DNA of 61,680 nt, the filler included, from Piptocephalis cylindrospora (Eukaryota): NCBI GenBank assembly GCA_003614145.1. It is 11 parts of 11 records of this genome, joined end to end, with 100 filler letters (N's around TTAATTAATTAA, not from the genome) between each part and the next. Parts side by side here need not be neighbours in the genome. Positions count along the whole stretch, not along the records: positions 33,790 to 39,298 come from KZ988381.1; positions 39,399 to 44,906 come from KZ988382.1; positions 45,007 to 50,514 come from KZ988383.1; 8 more parts are not named here. One strand, written 5' to 3'. Below the pieces are notes generated by a model, which was not told where the DNA came from, did not search any database, and saw only the letters and a list, made by a program, of their open reading frames with translations. Position numbers and translations under genes: made by a program. Positions 37,507 to 50,063 of this stretch are shown piece by piece; within the stretch, counting starts at the first letter, position 1; each line of letters starts with the position of its first letter.

Positions 37507-39085
37507 TCAAGATGGTTTGGGAGAGGATTGCAAGTAGTTCAAAACTCTCCAGAAAAAGAGCGAGGCCGATTCACGTTGGAAACGAATCTCATCCTGAAGG
37601 TAGCCTGGAAGGGTCTCCAAGAGCTTGGCGTCTCTTTTCGCATCCAGGTCCGGTGTATAATCAAAGAGGGTAGGATCTTCGGTCGGTCGGGTGAGGCGAA
37701 AACTTAAGACTGAGAGGGGGTTTAGTGGGCAGATGATTTCTGGAGATGTCATGAGCCCACGTTGTACTTACCACCATTTTTTCCAGTCTGAACACAGTCG
37801 AAATGACTACCTTCCGGGCTCTGGCTCCTTGTGACCTCCAAACCGGTCAACTCTTCAAAAAGACCCACCACCTCCCCTAGGTCCCGGAGAATCGGCCCAT
37901 CGGGTGCCCCTGAAGGTCTTTGCTTCCCTGGGGTTCGAGCTCGAGCATTGGCCTCGACTAACTGGGCCTCCATAAGGGATACTGGAAATAAGAGGAGAGA
38001 AATAATGAGTATCCTAACTCGACATGAAAAAAAAAAGGAAAAAAGTGCAGAGTACATTGACGTCGCATACTATCGCTATCTGATGAGGGGGCGGTGTTGA
38101 TTTGAGAAGAAGAGGAGGAGGAGGAAGGGGAGGCTCTTGCTTCCTCCAACTGTCCCTTGAGCGTTTCGATCAATACATCCGTCGCTAAGGGTGGAGAGGG
38201 GGGGAGAGGGGAATAAGTAAAAGAGGATAATCCAGAAATGAGGATGAGTTACCATTGACTCTTACCGGCAAATCGTTCTTCTACACTCTTGCGATACGCT
38301 TGAAATTGACCCTCGGCATCGGTAAGTCTCATTGTCCGTAGCTCCTCATATTTAGCCAGGAGGAGGTCATAGGCCTTGGAGACTCCTGATCTCGGAGGTT
38401 TTTCTGATTGCTCATCATCCTCAGTCAACATGAGGTTTTCACTGATTTGGACAGGGACATCTCTTGGAGAAAAATGCTTTTCCTTGGGAGGCTTTCGTGT
38501 GGCCCTGGATCGCTTGGTCAAAGGCGTACTCTGGGCAGCGTTGATATAGGGATCCATTTTGGGCTCATCTCCATCAGATTCGGAGGGGGGTTGTGGTGGT
38601 TTGGAGGGCTCCTTGCGCTTTGCGGATTTATGTACTGGTCGACTGGTTTTTTCCACCAGAGATTCTAAAGGGCTTTTGTGTTAATGCTATGTACAGCTAG
38701 GAGACGGTATCTTTCAAAAAGAGGGTTTTACCAAAGGTAATTGCGGCTTTTTTCGATATGGCTTTTGAGTTCAGCTTTTCCCCTCGCGGGCCTATACCAA
38801 AGGTAGGGATGGTTGATACAGGGTAGAGCCACGTTGTCTTTCAACACGTACCTTCACCGTCTGTCTTTGAGATTTGCTTGACCAATTTCTTGCTTACCAC
38901 ACCAGCACCTTTCTATATGCGATGGGGTGAGGGCGACATACACGGTTGATCACTCGACCGCCCCTGATCTTGCTTACCTGAAGATCCTGGAGCTCAGTGT
39001 CAGAAAACTCGTCCTCCCCATGCGCGCTATGCGTGACCCCTTGACCCTTCTTCTTGGTCGGTTTTTTGGATTGCTTCCTGGTCAT
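37507..39085 (-). CDS. CSM1: Monopolin subunit Csm1/Pcs1 (multi-exon)
   Basis: Coiled coil KYEELRTMRLTDAEGQFQAYRK; C-terminal LFEELTGLEV...FDCVQTGKNG|VLSFRL...YTPDLDAKRD..LLETLPGYLQDEIRF....SLFFWRV. Confidence 0.85.
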
Positions 39086-39398
39086 TGTCTTCTTTGGGGC
39101 AATGAGGCGTGAGTCTGGATGGAATGATAAAGAGAGATGAGAAAGAACTGATCCAGTGTTGACATTCTTTGATCATCTCTGTGAACGAGTGGGAGGATGT
39201 GTGTGGGGCGGTCTCCCAAGACAGAGCATTGAGCGGGGTTTTCACTCGGCTCATCCCACCGGGCTTGGTGTATCTGATCCAGATCAGCCTTGATTCAGNN
39301 NNNNNNNNNNNNNNNNNNNNNNNNNNNNNNNNNNNNNNNNNNTTAATTAATTAANNNNNNNNNNNNNNNNNNNNNNNNNNNNNNNNNNNNNNNNNNNN

Positions 39399-42094
39399 CT
39401 GAACGCTTCTCGGAGAGTTGGTATCCGCCTCTCGATTTCCTGTCCCTCACCTCTTCCCTTAGGTCACGATCCGCCATGATCACATCATCTCCATCCAACT
39501 GAACCAATTCGCGATCTGAATCTTGATTAAGGGCTGGAGGGTCATTAGATGAGCTATAATCATCATCTTCAATGATCACAATATCACCATGAACCGGAGG
39601 AGGGGAAGTAGGAGGAGGGGGAGGGCGTGATCGACGGTATGGTGTAGTCCAATTGACCTTAGCACCAATGTAACTGGGCGATCCATCTCGTGGAGGGAAT
39701 TGTGGTTCTACATACCAAAAAATGAAAGGAAGGGATGAATACACTATGGCTATTGTTCGGTAGCAACCATTTGTCCGGTCCAGTAAGAGTGGCCTTAACC
39801 GCCTCTGCCTTCTCCCTCTCTCCCTCCCTTAGCACATGCTTACCTGGCGGGGTATAGACCTCTTCATTGATGGGATTCATCGTGGTTTGTAAGTAGGGAA
39901 GATGGCAATGCCTTTGTATGGTCGATCGCCCCTGAGGATAGCCATCATGATCACGAGGAAGATAACCGTGGCCATCTTCCCAATGGGAACCTCTTGACTG
40001 GTCATAGTAAATTTTCTCATGGATATTTGGCCTTAAAAATCGATTACCACGGTCCTCAATGGCGGCTTGGGAGTGAGAATAGTCATCTTTAAAACCTGTC
40101 CTCATGCGATCCAGAGACGTTGGAGAGGGAGGAAGATGAGGCCGATGATTAGGCGGGTGCTCATACCCCACACCCCCTCCCCAAGTCTGCCATAGCCCTT
40201 GGGTATCTCCGTAATGGCCGCCACCTCTTTGATGGACCCATCGCTCTTGAGGTCCCAATGGGGGACTGTAAGGAACTGCATCGTCGGAAAGTTCAAACAA
40301 ATCTCCATTCGGACAGCGAGATTGCTCATTCCTTGGTCCCCACTCATCGCGGAAACCGATGGGGCCTCGTGGAAGATTGAGAGGAGGGGAATAAGCGAGA
40401 ACGTGCTCACCCAAACGCCCTGTCCAGACAACTGGCGTACACTAACTTCCTCTGCCTCAATTGGAGCTGTTCTGTTTTCATCCGGATCAGTAGCTATGCG
40501 CACCGCAACCAAGGAAAAGGAAATAGAAGAGTTGGATTTGTGACCCAATTAGACATTGTACTGGGGGTAGATTGACGGTGTTCACGCCAGTAACCAACGT
40601 CTCGCTTCCCAAAGCGCCACCCTTAAAAGCTTACCATTAGCGCTGGATTGTAAAGGTATGAGGGGTCGTGAGTTGGTTGCCCTGGAACTCCCCGCCTTCT
40701 TGGGAATGCGGTAGCCATCCAATGCCAATGACGGCACACCAAGAACAGGGTCATCCGTTCGATTAACAATAGGCAAATTCCTTTCAGCGGGCTCTTGGGA
40801 TGCGGGCATAGTAAGGCGTTGTCTGAGAGGCCATGTCGCTAGTATTATTAGTATCTACATGCAAAAGATTACCCCGTCTACCACCAAAAGAAGAAATTGA
40901 ACATACTCAGCAGGGCGCTGTTGGATAACCTCCATCGTGCCATTCTTGGGCAATGACCTCGCCAAGGCATCTTCATCAAAAAGACGCAGAGGGTCTGAAG
41001 TCGCCAAGCGATCTAGAGGAATAGGCGGACGAACCGACTTTTTGCCTCTGGCAGCTACTGTTCCGTTTCTACTCCCATTCCACTTGGCTTGTTTATGCCG
41101 AACGCTCGAACCGCCTGTGGTAACATCCGGCTTCCAAGTAGGGTCACCATCATCAACCGGTGCTCTTCATCACGTAGAGACAATAAAGAGTAGAATGAAG
41201 GAAGAATAAAATGAGTGATGACCGATCAATACCAGGTAGAAAGATAAAAGTGACTCCGGCTGCTGACTCGGATGAAACTTCCCTTCCCCTTCCTAAAACA
41301 CCATATCTTCCAGATATGCTTGATGCCTGCTGCCCTAACCTCATCACCCTTCCGTATCCCCACATAACACGCCAAACATACCTCGATGCGATGGATGAGC
41401 CTATATCGTCGCGTGGAATGCCATTCAATGCAATCTTAAGAGTTGTTGGAATAGCCATCGCCGAATCCTTCGCCAGTGATCCCTTCCATCCTCGTCGAGT
41501 GCCTGTGGATTTCTTGGCTGTTCCCGAGGTCGCCAGCCGTCGTTGTCCTTCACCTTTCGACAATGCTGCCTTACTACGTGTCTTAATCGAGGATGACATT
41601 ACACTTGGATGTCCCTCTGTCCCGAGAGCATGGTCGAGAATCCACCCATCTTCGCACTCTTCTTGCCTCTTCCAGACATGTTCTTCGTCTCCTTCATTCA
41701 CCATGGGTTCACGAACAACCGCGGTAATATTTGACTCCAAGTTCGAGGGGTCCCGTTCCAGGAGCGAATACACCGGGTCATATTCATCATTACTAATGAA
41801 CGGTCGGGCTGCCACGCTGTACCGCTGGACTATTAGCCTCTGTAGCCGCTTAAGTTCGGCTGCATCCACCCTAACGAAATTGGTAATGGAGAAGCCGTTT
41901 CCCAGTAGTTTCCCAAAAGTAAATCCCAAGTTGATCAAGTCAGCACAAAAGAAACGGGGAAAGGGAAATAAAGAGGAGAGTTAGCAGTTATCAAGAATAG
42001 CTATCAGAAACAGCAGAAGAAAGCTGCCTAGGGTGCATGACCAGAAAGCACTATCACATCAGTATACTATTGAAGAAACTTACCTTAATGCCAT
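39399..42094 (-). CDS. Hypothetical multi-exon protein, largely disordered (3' truncated)
   Basis: ATG GCA TTA AG|GTAAGT at 42094, acceptor before VDAAELKRLQR; further open frames with GT-AG boundaries down to the contig end; no recognisable domain. Confidence 0.55.
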
Positions 42095-43239
42095 CCTGGA
42101 GGTTGTCTAACAGCACACGCTAGTAAAGTGTATACAGGAACAGCCAAAGAGGCTGTGCGTCTTTACCAAAGAAACGAAATAGGAAGGGGGGTACGGAAAG
42201 ATACCAATAAGTATATGGGACCTAAGTTTGCAAGCAAACCAAAGAGTAAAGAGGGAGAAAGAGTGCAATGTGTACAGGAAGAAGGGAGCTCAGGTACAGA
42301 CTGAGAGCACAGCGTTCTATCCACGATCAGTTTTAAGGGACGTAGAACACTAGAGGGAGATAGGAGGAGGAAAAGGCCAACACAGGTAAAAGGTAAGGCG
42401 GGAGGGGCGGAGGAGGAAGTAAAGGTAAGGGTCAATACTCCACATGACCACACATATTCCCGCACGCACAGCCTCTTTTTATCCTTATACATCCCTTTGC
42501 CTGTCGCTTTTGCCTTTCCCCTTTACGCCACGTACTCCGAAGAGTAGCGCCAATTGAAGGCCTAAAGGGCCGCCTATGGCGATCTTCGTTCTGTTCACGG
42601 CCCATTGTGCAATTTTGGTGGAAATAGCGCTTGATGCCAACGAACGTCCCCTTCTGGAACAAATCTCCCAAGACCCCCGCCGGAGCTAAACCAATCAAGG
42701 CCTTATCGCGGGTCCTAGGAAAGGAGACAGACTAACTTACACCACACCGTCGAAAGATGACGCCACGCCACGTGGGAAAGGGAAATGTTCACCAATCAGA
42801 GTCATCAAGAAAAGTAGATGAGTCAGGGTAAATGACAACGGTTATGCCGCATCGCTGTGAACCGCAATGATGATATATGCCTCCTCCTTTATGCAAAGAC
42901 CATAGGAAGTCCGTTCCATCCGCTTCTCTCTCCAATCCCTTCTTCCTGAAACGCCTGCTTGTCATCTGTCATCAACCCCGCCCAATTTAAAACCGGTATG
43001 CTCAATCCTAATGATGACAATAACAAACAATCAGCCCATGTAATAATAGTAGTAAGCTGGCAATAGATATACCCAGAAAAGGGCAAATGTGCACGAAAGG
43101 TTGGATCAAATTTGGGATCAAAGTTTTAGCATAGAGAATACCTCGACATTACGTGGCCGCTGCAAAAGGAAGAGAGCAATGCAGAAAAGGAAAGGTAAGA
43201 AAAAATATGGTGATATATTTCTTGGGCTGGGAAAAGGTG

Positions 43240-43631
43240 TGTAATGATGGTATCGTTACGATAAGGGGATGGTCTTTAGAATAGGTGGTATAACAGGGGC
43301 AAACAGGGGGAAACAGAAGGAGACAGGGAAGAATCTAGCGAAGGGGTGTCTATTCCAAAGTCTGGGAGAAGGGGAAAACAAGGTGCCCCTTTATAGGCGA
43401 GACGGGGGGGGAAAAAGTTGTTGTGAGAACCTTCTAGAATCTCTTGGCAAATGCCAAGAGATGGCATGATCCAGGTGTTCGAACCCTACTGGTTCCCCTT
43501 TTTAGTGGGGCCTGACCTGGGACCCGATGTGGGAACTGACTTGGGACCTGGCGGAGTAAAGGAGCTCCGCCATGACATCATCATTACAGAACCCGTGGGC
43601 GGAGTTTCACCATAATGATGACATCATTACA
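43240..43631 (-). mobile_element. Nested LTR cluster (full copy 43289-43588 plus terminal fragments 43240-43260 and 43589-43631)
   Basis: TATAACAGGGG at 43289, CATCATTACA termini at 43588 and 43631, 21-bp terminal palindrome at 43240-43260. Confidence 0.8.
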
Positions 43632-44328
43632 CAAAGAGGATGGGAGCGCCGAAGGGAGAGGTCGAGGGCCGGATGAAACCCTTGGAGAGGAGGTCGTCGA
43701 GTTGTTCACGGAGTTCCTTGAGCTCGTAATGGGAGAGGCGGTATGGGGGCCGGTGAGGGGGCTCGGAGTCCGGGACAAGGGGGATCTTGTGGTCCACGGC
43801 TCGGGCTGGAGGGGGTCCGTGGGGGAGGTCGGCGGGAAAAACGTCCTTGAAGGCGTCGAGGAGGGCGGTGAGGTCGGGGTTCTTGGACGGGGGAGCGGCG
43901 TCAGGGGAGTCGATGCGGGCCAGGAAAAGGGTACCCCCCTCCCTCCAAAGTTCCTTCGCTTGAAGGAAGTTGACTTGAAGGGCGTCAGGGTCGTTGGAGG
44001 GGGGCGGGGCGATTGCGCGGAGGGTCACGCTGGTGGCCGGGCGGGAGAGTTGGATGGTCTTGGCGGATCAACCAATAGAGGGGCGATGCTCCTCAAGCCA
44101 GGGCATTCCAAGGTAGGCATCGTAACGCTCGAGGTTGGCGATGTCGAAGTTGCATTGCTCGACCCATCCTTGGAGGGTGAGGGAGACGACGCATCCTTGG
44201 TCGCAGACGTTGGGCTGCTCGTCCGTTTTGAGGGCCAGGGAGAGCGGACGAGGCGGGCGCGGCGTGTTCGGGAGGTCGTGGCGCTTGACAAAGCCCTGTG
44301 AGAGGAAGTTGCAAGAGGCACCGGTGTG
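43632..44328 (-). mobile_element. Ty3/Gypsy pol fragment (protease to RT N-terminus)
   Basis: (H)TGASCNFLS, DAYLGMPWLEEHRPSIG*, FKDVFPADLPHGPPPARAVDHKIPL, PPYRLS..ELKELREQLDDLLSKGFIRPSTSPFGAPILFV. Confidence 0.95.
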
Positions 44329-44333
44329 CCAGG

Positions 44334-44642
44334 TATAACAGGGACAGGAGACCGGAGGGAACAGGAGGGGACAGGGAAGAAGCTAGCGAAAGGGTGTCTA
44401 TTCCAAAGTCTGGGGGAAGGGGACAAAAAGAGCTTCCTCTTATAGAGGGGAAAACAGGAAAAGAGGAGAAAAGAGAAAAAGACTGATTTAATCTATCGAG
44501 GACCCGTGTCCCCGATAGATTAAAGACGGGGACCCGCGTCCTCGATAAATTAAGGGGCGGACCCCGTTTTCGGAGTTCCACGATAGATTAAAAAGGTGGG
44601 ACCTCGTGGTCGGAGTTTCCCTGTTAAGATGACATCATTACA
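44334..44642 (-). mobile_element. Solo LTR, 309 bp, with perfect 5-bp TSD CCAGG
   Basis: Minus strand TGTAATGATGTCATCTTAACA...CCCTGTTATA; CCAGG at 44329-44333 and 44643-44647. Confidence 0.92.
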
Positions 44643-44647
44643 CCAGG

Positions 44648-44700
44648 CATATGGGACCCCCCCCTCCTGTACGCCTAGTCATATGGGACCCCCCCCTCCT
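44648..44700. repeat. 21-bp direct repeat x2
   Basis: CATATGGGA(C)nTCCT at 44648-44668 and 44680-44700. Confidence 0.85.
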
Positions 44701-45006
44701 ATCGCCTTTTTTGAGGGTCTGTGCGTCGCATTCAGTCATTTACAAAGGTGAAAAGGTGTCGTGGGAATGTGCTGTATTAGGATCATTAAAGCCCACCAAT
44801 AAAGAAAGGCCCAAGGTGGACTAGATGTCAATCGCCACTTCGATCATTTCCTGCTGAGGCTCCTGATTGTACACAGCAAGCCTAGAGATGGGATACTTAC
44901 GGCCGANNNNNNNNNNNNNNNNNNNNNNNNNNNNNNNNNNNNNNNNNNNNTTAATTAATTAANNNNNNNNNNNNNNNNNNNNNNNNNNNNNNNNNNNNNN
45001 NNNNNN

Positions 45007-45225
45007 CTACAGGGATCCTCCCCTTGCTGAACCTATTCCAATTCCCGCCCCAGCTCTTGGTTCACCCCCATCCCGGCTCTCCGCCCCACCATGCACCCCG
45101 CCCATCCCTAATGGTGTATAGCGACGCACGGTCATCGCGCGTCCAACATCCTCCCTCTCCTCCTATACGATGAGATTGCTGGGGCGGGAATTGGAATAGG
45201 TTCAGCAAGGGGAGGATCCCTGTAG
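45007..45225. repeat. Perfect 48-bp inverted repeat with 123-bp spacer at contig start
   Basis: 45007-45054 is the exact reverse complement of 45178-45225. Confidence 0.95.
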
Positions 45226-46344
45226 ATGGTGAGAGGCATGCATGACCAACCGTCGCATTGGGAAAGGAGAAGGGACCTTCTCTTGAGGAGAGGGGGCTGG
45301 GCCAGGGGGGAAAAGGAGTGATGGGACCCTACAGTATCCGTGGAAAAGATATGCACATGGACGTGCGGTTGAGGACACGGATGCCCTGGGAAGAGGTGGG
45401 GAGAGCTCGATATTATATCGTGGAGAATGTGCCCCTTGGAGGGGGATGGTATGGTCCAGGCCGCGATGCCCCCTCCCCTTAAAGAAGAGAGACTATGACC
45501 AAGACCAATAGCCTCGTTTGATCGAAATGTCTCCCTTCACTGAATGTAGCTTGCCCATGGAGGAAGGAAGGTGAACTTGCAAATGGACAGGGCAGGACAG
45601 GACGCGGACTTGATTATGGAGATGCACGTTTCCAGAAGACAACGTCTAGTGTAAGGATGATGCTCCCCTCCTTCTCCTCCCCTTCCCCTTGGTCTCGGCG
45701 AAAACAAAGGACCATTCACAGACATATCTCACAGGAGCGATGGGAATCAGAAAGTGAATGGGGATATAACAGCCTTGATCCACGTTTACCCACGTCTCCA
45801 CAGAGTAGATGGCTTGCTCATCATCTGAATGGGGTGGCATGAACCACCCACGTACACCCCTCTCCCCCTCCCTCATCTCCTGTATATGTAGGATGATATG
45901 AGCCTAGGAGAGGAGAGTAAGATCAAGTGAAATCGCGTTTATCTGTGGATCAAAAAAGGATCATTTAGACCTTGTCTGATAGCATAGAAAGAGAAGGGAT
46001 GTGAGTAGAGGGAGAAAAGGGAGAGAGGAGGGGCGTGAGAGGTGTACACTGGCCCATCCCTCTATTTATAACTAATTATTTTGGCTCAGCGCGCTCTTTT
46101 TAGCACTGGGGGAAAGAGGAGGGACGCGACGCGTGATGTTGGGACAGAGGGCGTGAGTGTGTGCGCAAGGGCCAATTTCCCATATATAAGGGGAGGACTT
46201 TACCCCGGCCGATGAGGCGATTCTCCAAGGCCACACTGCGACCATACCGCATCAGAGCAACGATGTGCTCTATCATTTCACATACCATTTTTAGGGAACG
46301 AATGATATGTAAGTAGAGAAAGTTGGGATATTTGTCTTATTCCA

Positions 46345-48162
46345 TTACCTCTCCCCAGCGCCCTCCTCCCTTCCTGGTCCGTCCGATGGTGGGGTTGGAG
46401 GGGAAGCAAGCCAATCTGGGACTGTCCCATCATACTGAGCCCGGGTGACCTCAGGACCATTTGTCTTGACTGCCCCTACCAATGAGCCTTTGGGGATTAA
46501 AGAAGGCGATCAATGAGTGGAGTTGCGTACAGAGGGAGGAAAATGGGGCCAACTTACCACCAACCCATGCTCGACAGCTGGGCTGAAAGACGCGGATCTG
46601 CTCATCTCGCCCATCAACAAAGAGGAGTGTATCGACCAAGGCCGAGAGGGAGGCATACTTTCCCTGGACCTCCCTGTCCTCTTGAAGGGTACGGATGAGG
46701 TCTTGGTGAAGACGAGATTGAAAGTTGGGGAGCTGGGCTGTTCCCCCTGCCAAGAGGAGATTTTCGGCCATGGGCATACGAAGGTCAATGGGGAGCTTTG
46801 GAGAGGTTTCGGAAGTGATTGAGTCAGTGACATACCTGGCCTTATACCCCTCTTTCCCCTCTCCCTTCCACACACACGCTGTAAGGACCAGTCGACTTAC
46901 TCGAAGCAACGTATCCAGCACAATCTGGGTGATACTGGGAGCATCCTCATCGCCATCAAAGAGACACTCGGCGGCTCTTTCCCGAACCCATCCGGGGATG
47001 AGCAGATCCAGACTTTCTCCTGAGGAGGTTCGAAGACGAATTTCCACATCAGTGGCCGCACTGGTATCCCTCATCCAATTTTCCCCGGAATCCCCCATTC
47101 CATCCTCATCCTCATCCTCCCCGGCCCCGGAGTTGTCCGAGGCCCCACGCATGGGCCTAAAAGGGGAGGCAAAGAGGAGCCGGGTCTTGATCTCTTCCAC
47201 GGCCTCATCGGTGAGCATGGACTCAACAATGGGTCTCCCGTGGGTAGACACAGAGGCATAGGTGAGGAGGAGACGACGAAGCCTCTTGGACAGGAATTTT
47301 CCAGCACGGACTGTGGAGGCCACGTAGGGGAAGAGGGGTCTGGCGTCAAAGACCTTGAAGGGCAGTGAACGAATGAGTAGGGATGGGAGAGAGAGAGAAG
47401 GATGAACGGCACTTACGGGAAGAATGGTCGTCTCCAGATGACCACAATCAATAACAAGTCCCTTGGTACTTCCAGTGGTCATGAGGGAAAGGAGATGAGA
47501 GGGGGCAAAGGAGATGGAGGGAACCTGAAAATGATCGAAAAGCAGACGCATCAGGAGCTTTTTGAGGGGCATGGGCCACAAGGGCCTTTCACAAACGATG
47601 ACTTTTCGTTGCCTAGGATCAGTGAGGAGGAGTTGGTAGTACATGCGAAAGAGGTGATGTTTGAGCGCCGCCTCTAGTCTTGGAAGATCCTCCTCTTCAA
47701 TGGCAATGTCATGAAGTGGGGAAAACTGAGTAATATTATTATTATTAGGGGGAAGGGATGAGTGGATTTGTGATTATTAAAATATACGAGGAAGAAAGTG
47801 CGTACCAGCCCTTCCTTGCGACACGCCTCATCACATGCCCCGGTTCTTTGATGATCCTGAACCTGACCAGAGACCTGGAGGATGTGTCGTGGTCTAGGCT
47901 CCCCAGAGAAGCCACACTTGAGGTAAAAGGATCCAAGGTCTAGGACAATACGATCCTCCGTGCCGTAGATGGAGTGTCGACGGACCGAGGAAGACAAGGT
48001 GTTGGTGAGTGGGGAGGTACCAAGAGAGGAGGACAGGAGCGAGGAGGCCAGGGAGGGGGAGGAGGGAGCTGGGGAGGAGGGCCCATACGAGCTCACCCCA
48101 TACCCAGCGGTGGCGGAGGACCTTGAGGACGTGGAGGACCTTGAGATGGGAGGAGTGAACAT
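46345..48162 (-). CDS. ARP10: Actin-related protein 10 (ARP10/Arp11, dynactin), multi-exon
   Basis: IVLDLGSFYLKCGFSGEPRPR, LLTDPRQRKVIVCE, LVIDCGHLETTILPV, IPGWVRERAAECLF, LLLAGGTAQLPNF, AWVG|GSLVG...VPDW. Confidence 0.9.
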
Positions 48163-48530
48163 GGAGGGGGTGAGGATAGGCTAAGGATGGGAGGAGGATG
48201 AGAGGAAGAAGAGGAGGGACAAGATGAACTTTTACAGCGGAGTTGGATCATGTCTGTCTCTCCCAGGAGGAGAGCGGGGATGCGGGAGGGATGTGAGGGC
48301 AGCTGGTTCCTCCCCCCTCTACCATGATTTAGTCAGTGTAGAATAAAAGCGTGGACCAAGACCTAGATATCTCCCTCTCCAAAGGAGATGGTCATAAATT
48401 CGAGAATCGCTGCCCCCCCACTCCCCCTTTGACAGATCATTACGACATATGCACGGAGGAAAACGAAAAGGAACATCTTCATTTCACTTGACCCGATTCA
48501 CACTCTATCCCCCACGATCCAATCGCAAGC

Positions 48531-50063
48531 CTAATGCTGGGACCATTGAATGGTCTTGAGATCAATACCCTCTTGAACCATCTCCCATAGGGGACTCATC
48601 TCGCGGAGCCGATCGACGTGCTGAGCCACCCTGTCGATGGCATAGTCCATCTCTGCTTCAGTGGTGAAACGGCCAATACCGAAGCGGATGCTGGAATGAG
48701 CCATGTCCTCCTCGGCACCGAGGGCACGAAGCACATAGGAAGGTTCGAGGGAGGCAGAGGTGCAGGCGGATCCAGAGGACAAGGCAATATCCTTGAGGGC
48801 CATGAGCATGGATTCACCCTCAATGTAGGCAAAAGAGAGGTTGACACAGCCTGAGGGAAGGAAGAAGGGGTGGGTAATGAGCTGATTAGAAGAGTAATCC
48901 ACATGAGGTGGAAGGGAGGATGATTATTATAGGAGAAACTTACCGGGATAGCAATGATCGGGATCGCCATTGCGAACGACGTGCTCAAGCTTACTGGTAA
49001 TGCCCTGAATTAATTTGTCGGAAAGACGTTTAATGTGCTCGGTATCGGCGGTCATCTCCTCCTTGGCAATGCGACAGGCTTCGCCCAAGCCAGCGACGAG
49101 AGATGTGGGGACGGTGCCACTGCGAAGACCACGCTCTTGGCCACCCCCACTCTGAAGGGGCTCGAGACGAACACGGGGTCTCCGACGGACATAGAGGGCG
49201 CCGATACCCTTGGGGCCGTAGAGCTTGTGACCAGAGATACTGAGGAGGTCAATGTTCATGGCATTGACATCGATGGGAATCTTTCCAACGGCCTGGGCCG
49301 CATCAGTGTGAAAGAAGATTTTGTGCTCCCGGCAAATCTTGCCAATGTCGGCGATGGGCTGGACGACGCCGATTTCATTGTTGATAGCCATAACAGAGAC
49401 AATGGCAGTCTCGGGCCGGATGGCTTTCTTGAGCTCGTCCAGGGAGATGAGACCACTCTTCTGGACGGGGAGGTAAGTGACGTCAAAGCCCTCCTCCTGC
49501 ATGGCCCTAGCGGAATCAAGGACACATTTGTGCTCGGTCTGGGTGGTGATGATATGGTTTTTCTTGGCCTTGTAAAAGCGGGAGACGCCCTTAAGGGTGA
49601 TGTTGTTGCTCTCGGTGGCGCCCGAGGTGAAGATGATCTCCTTGGGGTCAGCGCCGATAAGGCTGGCGACATGAGACCGGGCGGTTTCAGTGGCCTTTTC
49701 GGACTCCCAGCCGTACTGATGGGTGCGGGAGTGAGGGTTTCCGTATTGTTGAGTCATGAAGGGCATCATGAAGTCAAGGACACGCGGATCCAAGGGAGTG
49801 GTGGATTGCATATCCAGGTAGATAGGCCGGGTAGCCGGACGTTGCTGGGTGGACTCGAAGCCCAAGTGGCCCTCTGAGGGGGTAATGATGGTATCGGTTG
49901 GGATGGTTGAGGTGGCGGTCTTATTGACCGGGTCGGTGGACGAGGGCACGGCTTGTCTGAGGGGACGGGTGGCAAGACCGCGGACGTTCTGACGAGCAAG
50001 AAGTCCTTGGGTGCGCAGAGGACCACGACCACAGGTTCGGAGGATTCGTGCGGAAAAGGACAT
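48531..50063 (-). CDS. NFS1: Mitochondrial cysteine desulfurase (exons 50063-48944, 48850-48531)
   Basis: [43 protein letters not shown] (PLP Lys), [28 protein letters not shown]; Arg-rich presequence. Confidence 0.98.

Noticed and set aside
43289..44642. Single miniature LTR element (LTR-pol fragment-LTR) with a PBS 'TGG' at ~44331
   Set aside because: The right LTR has its own TSD, the two LTRs differ in their U3 halves, and the TGG lies within the TSD.
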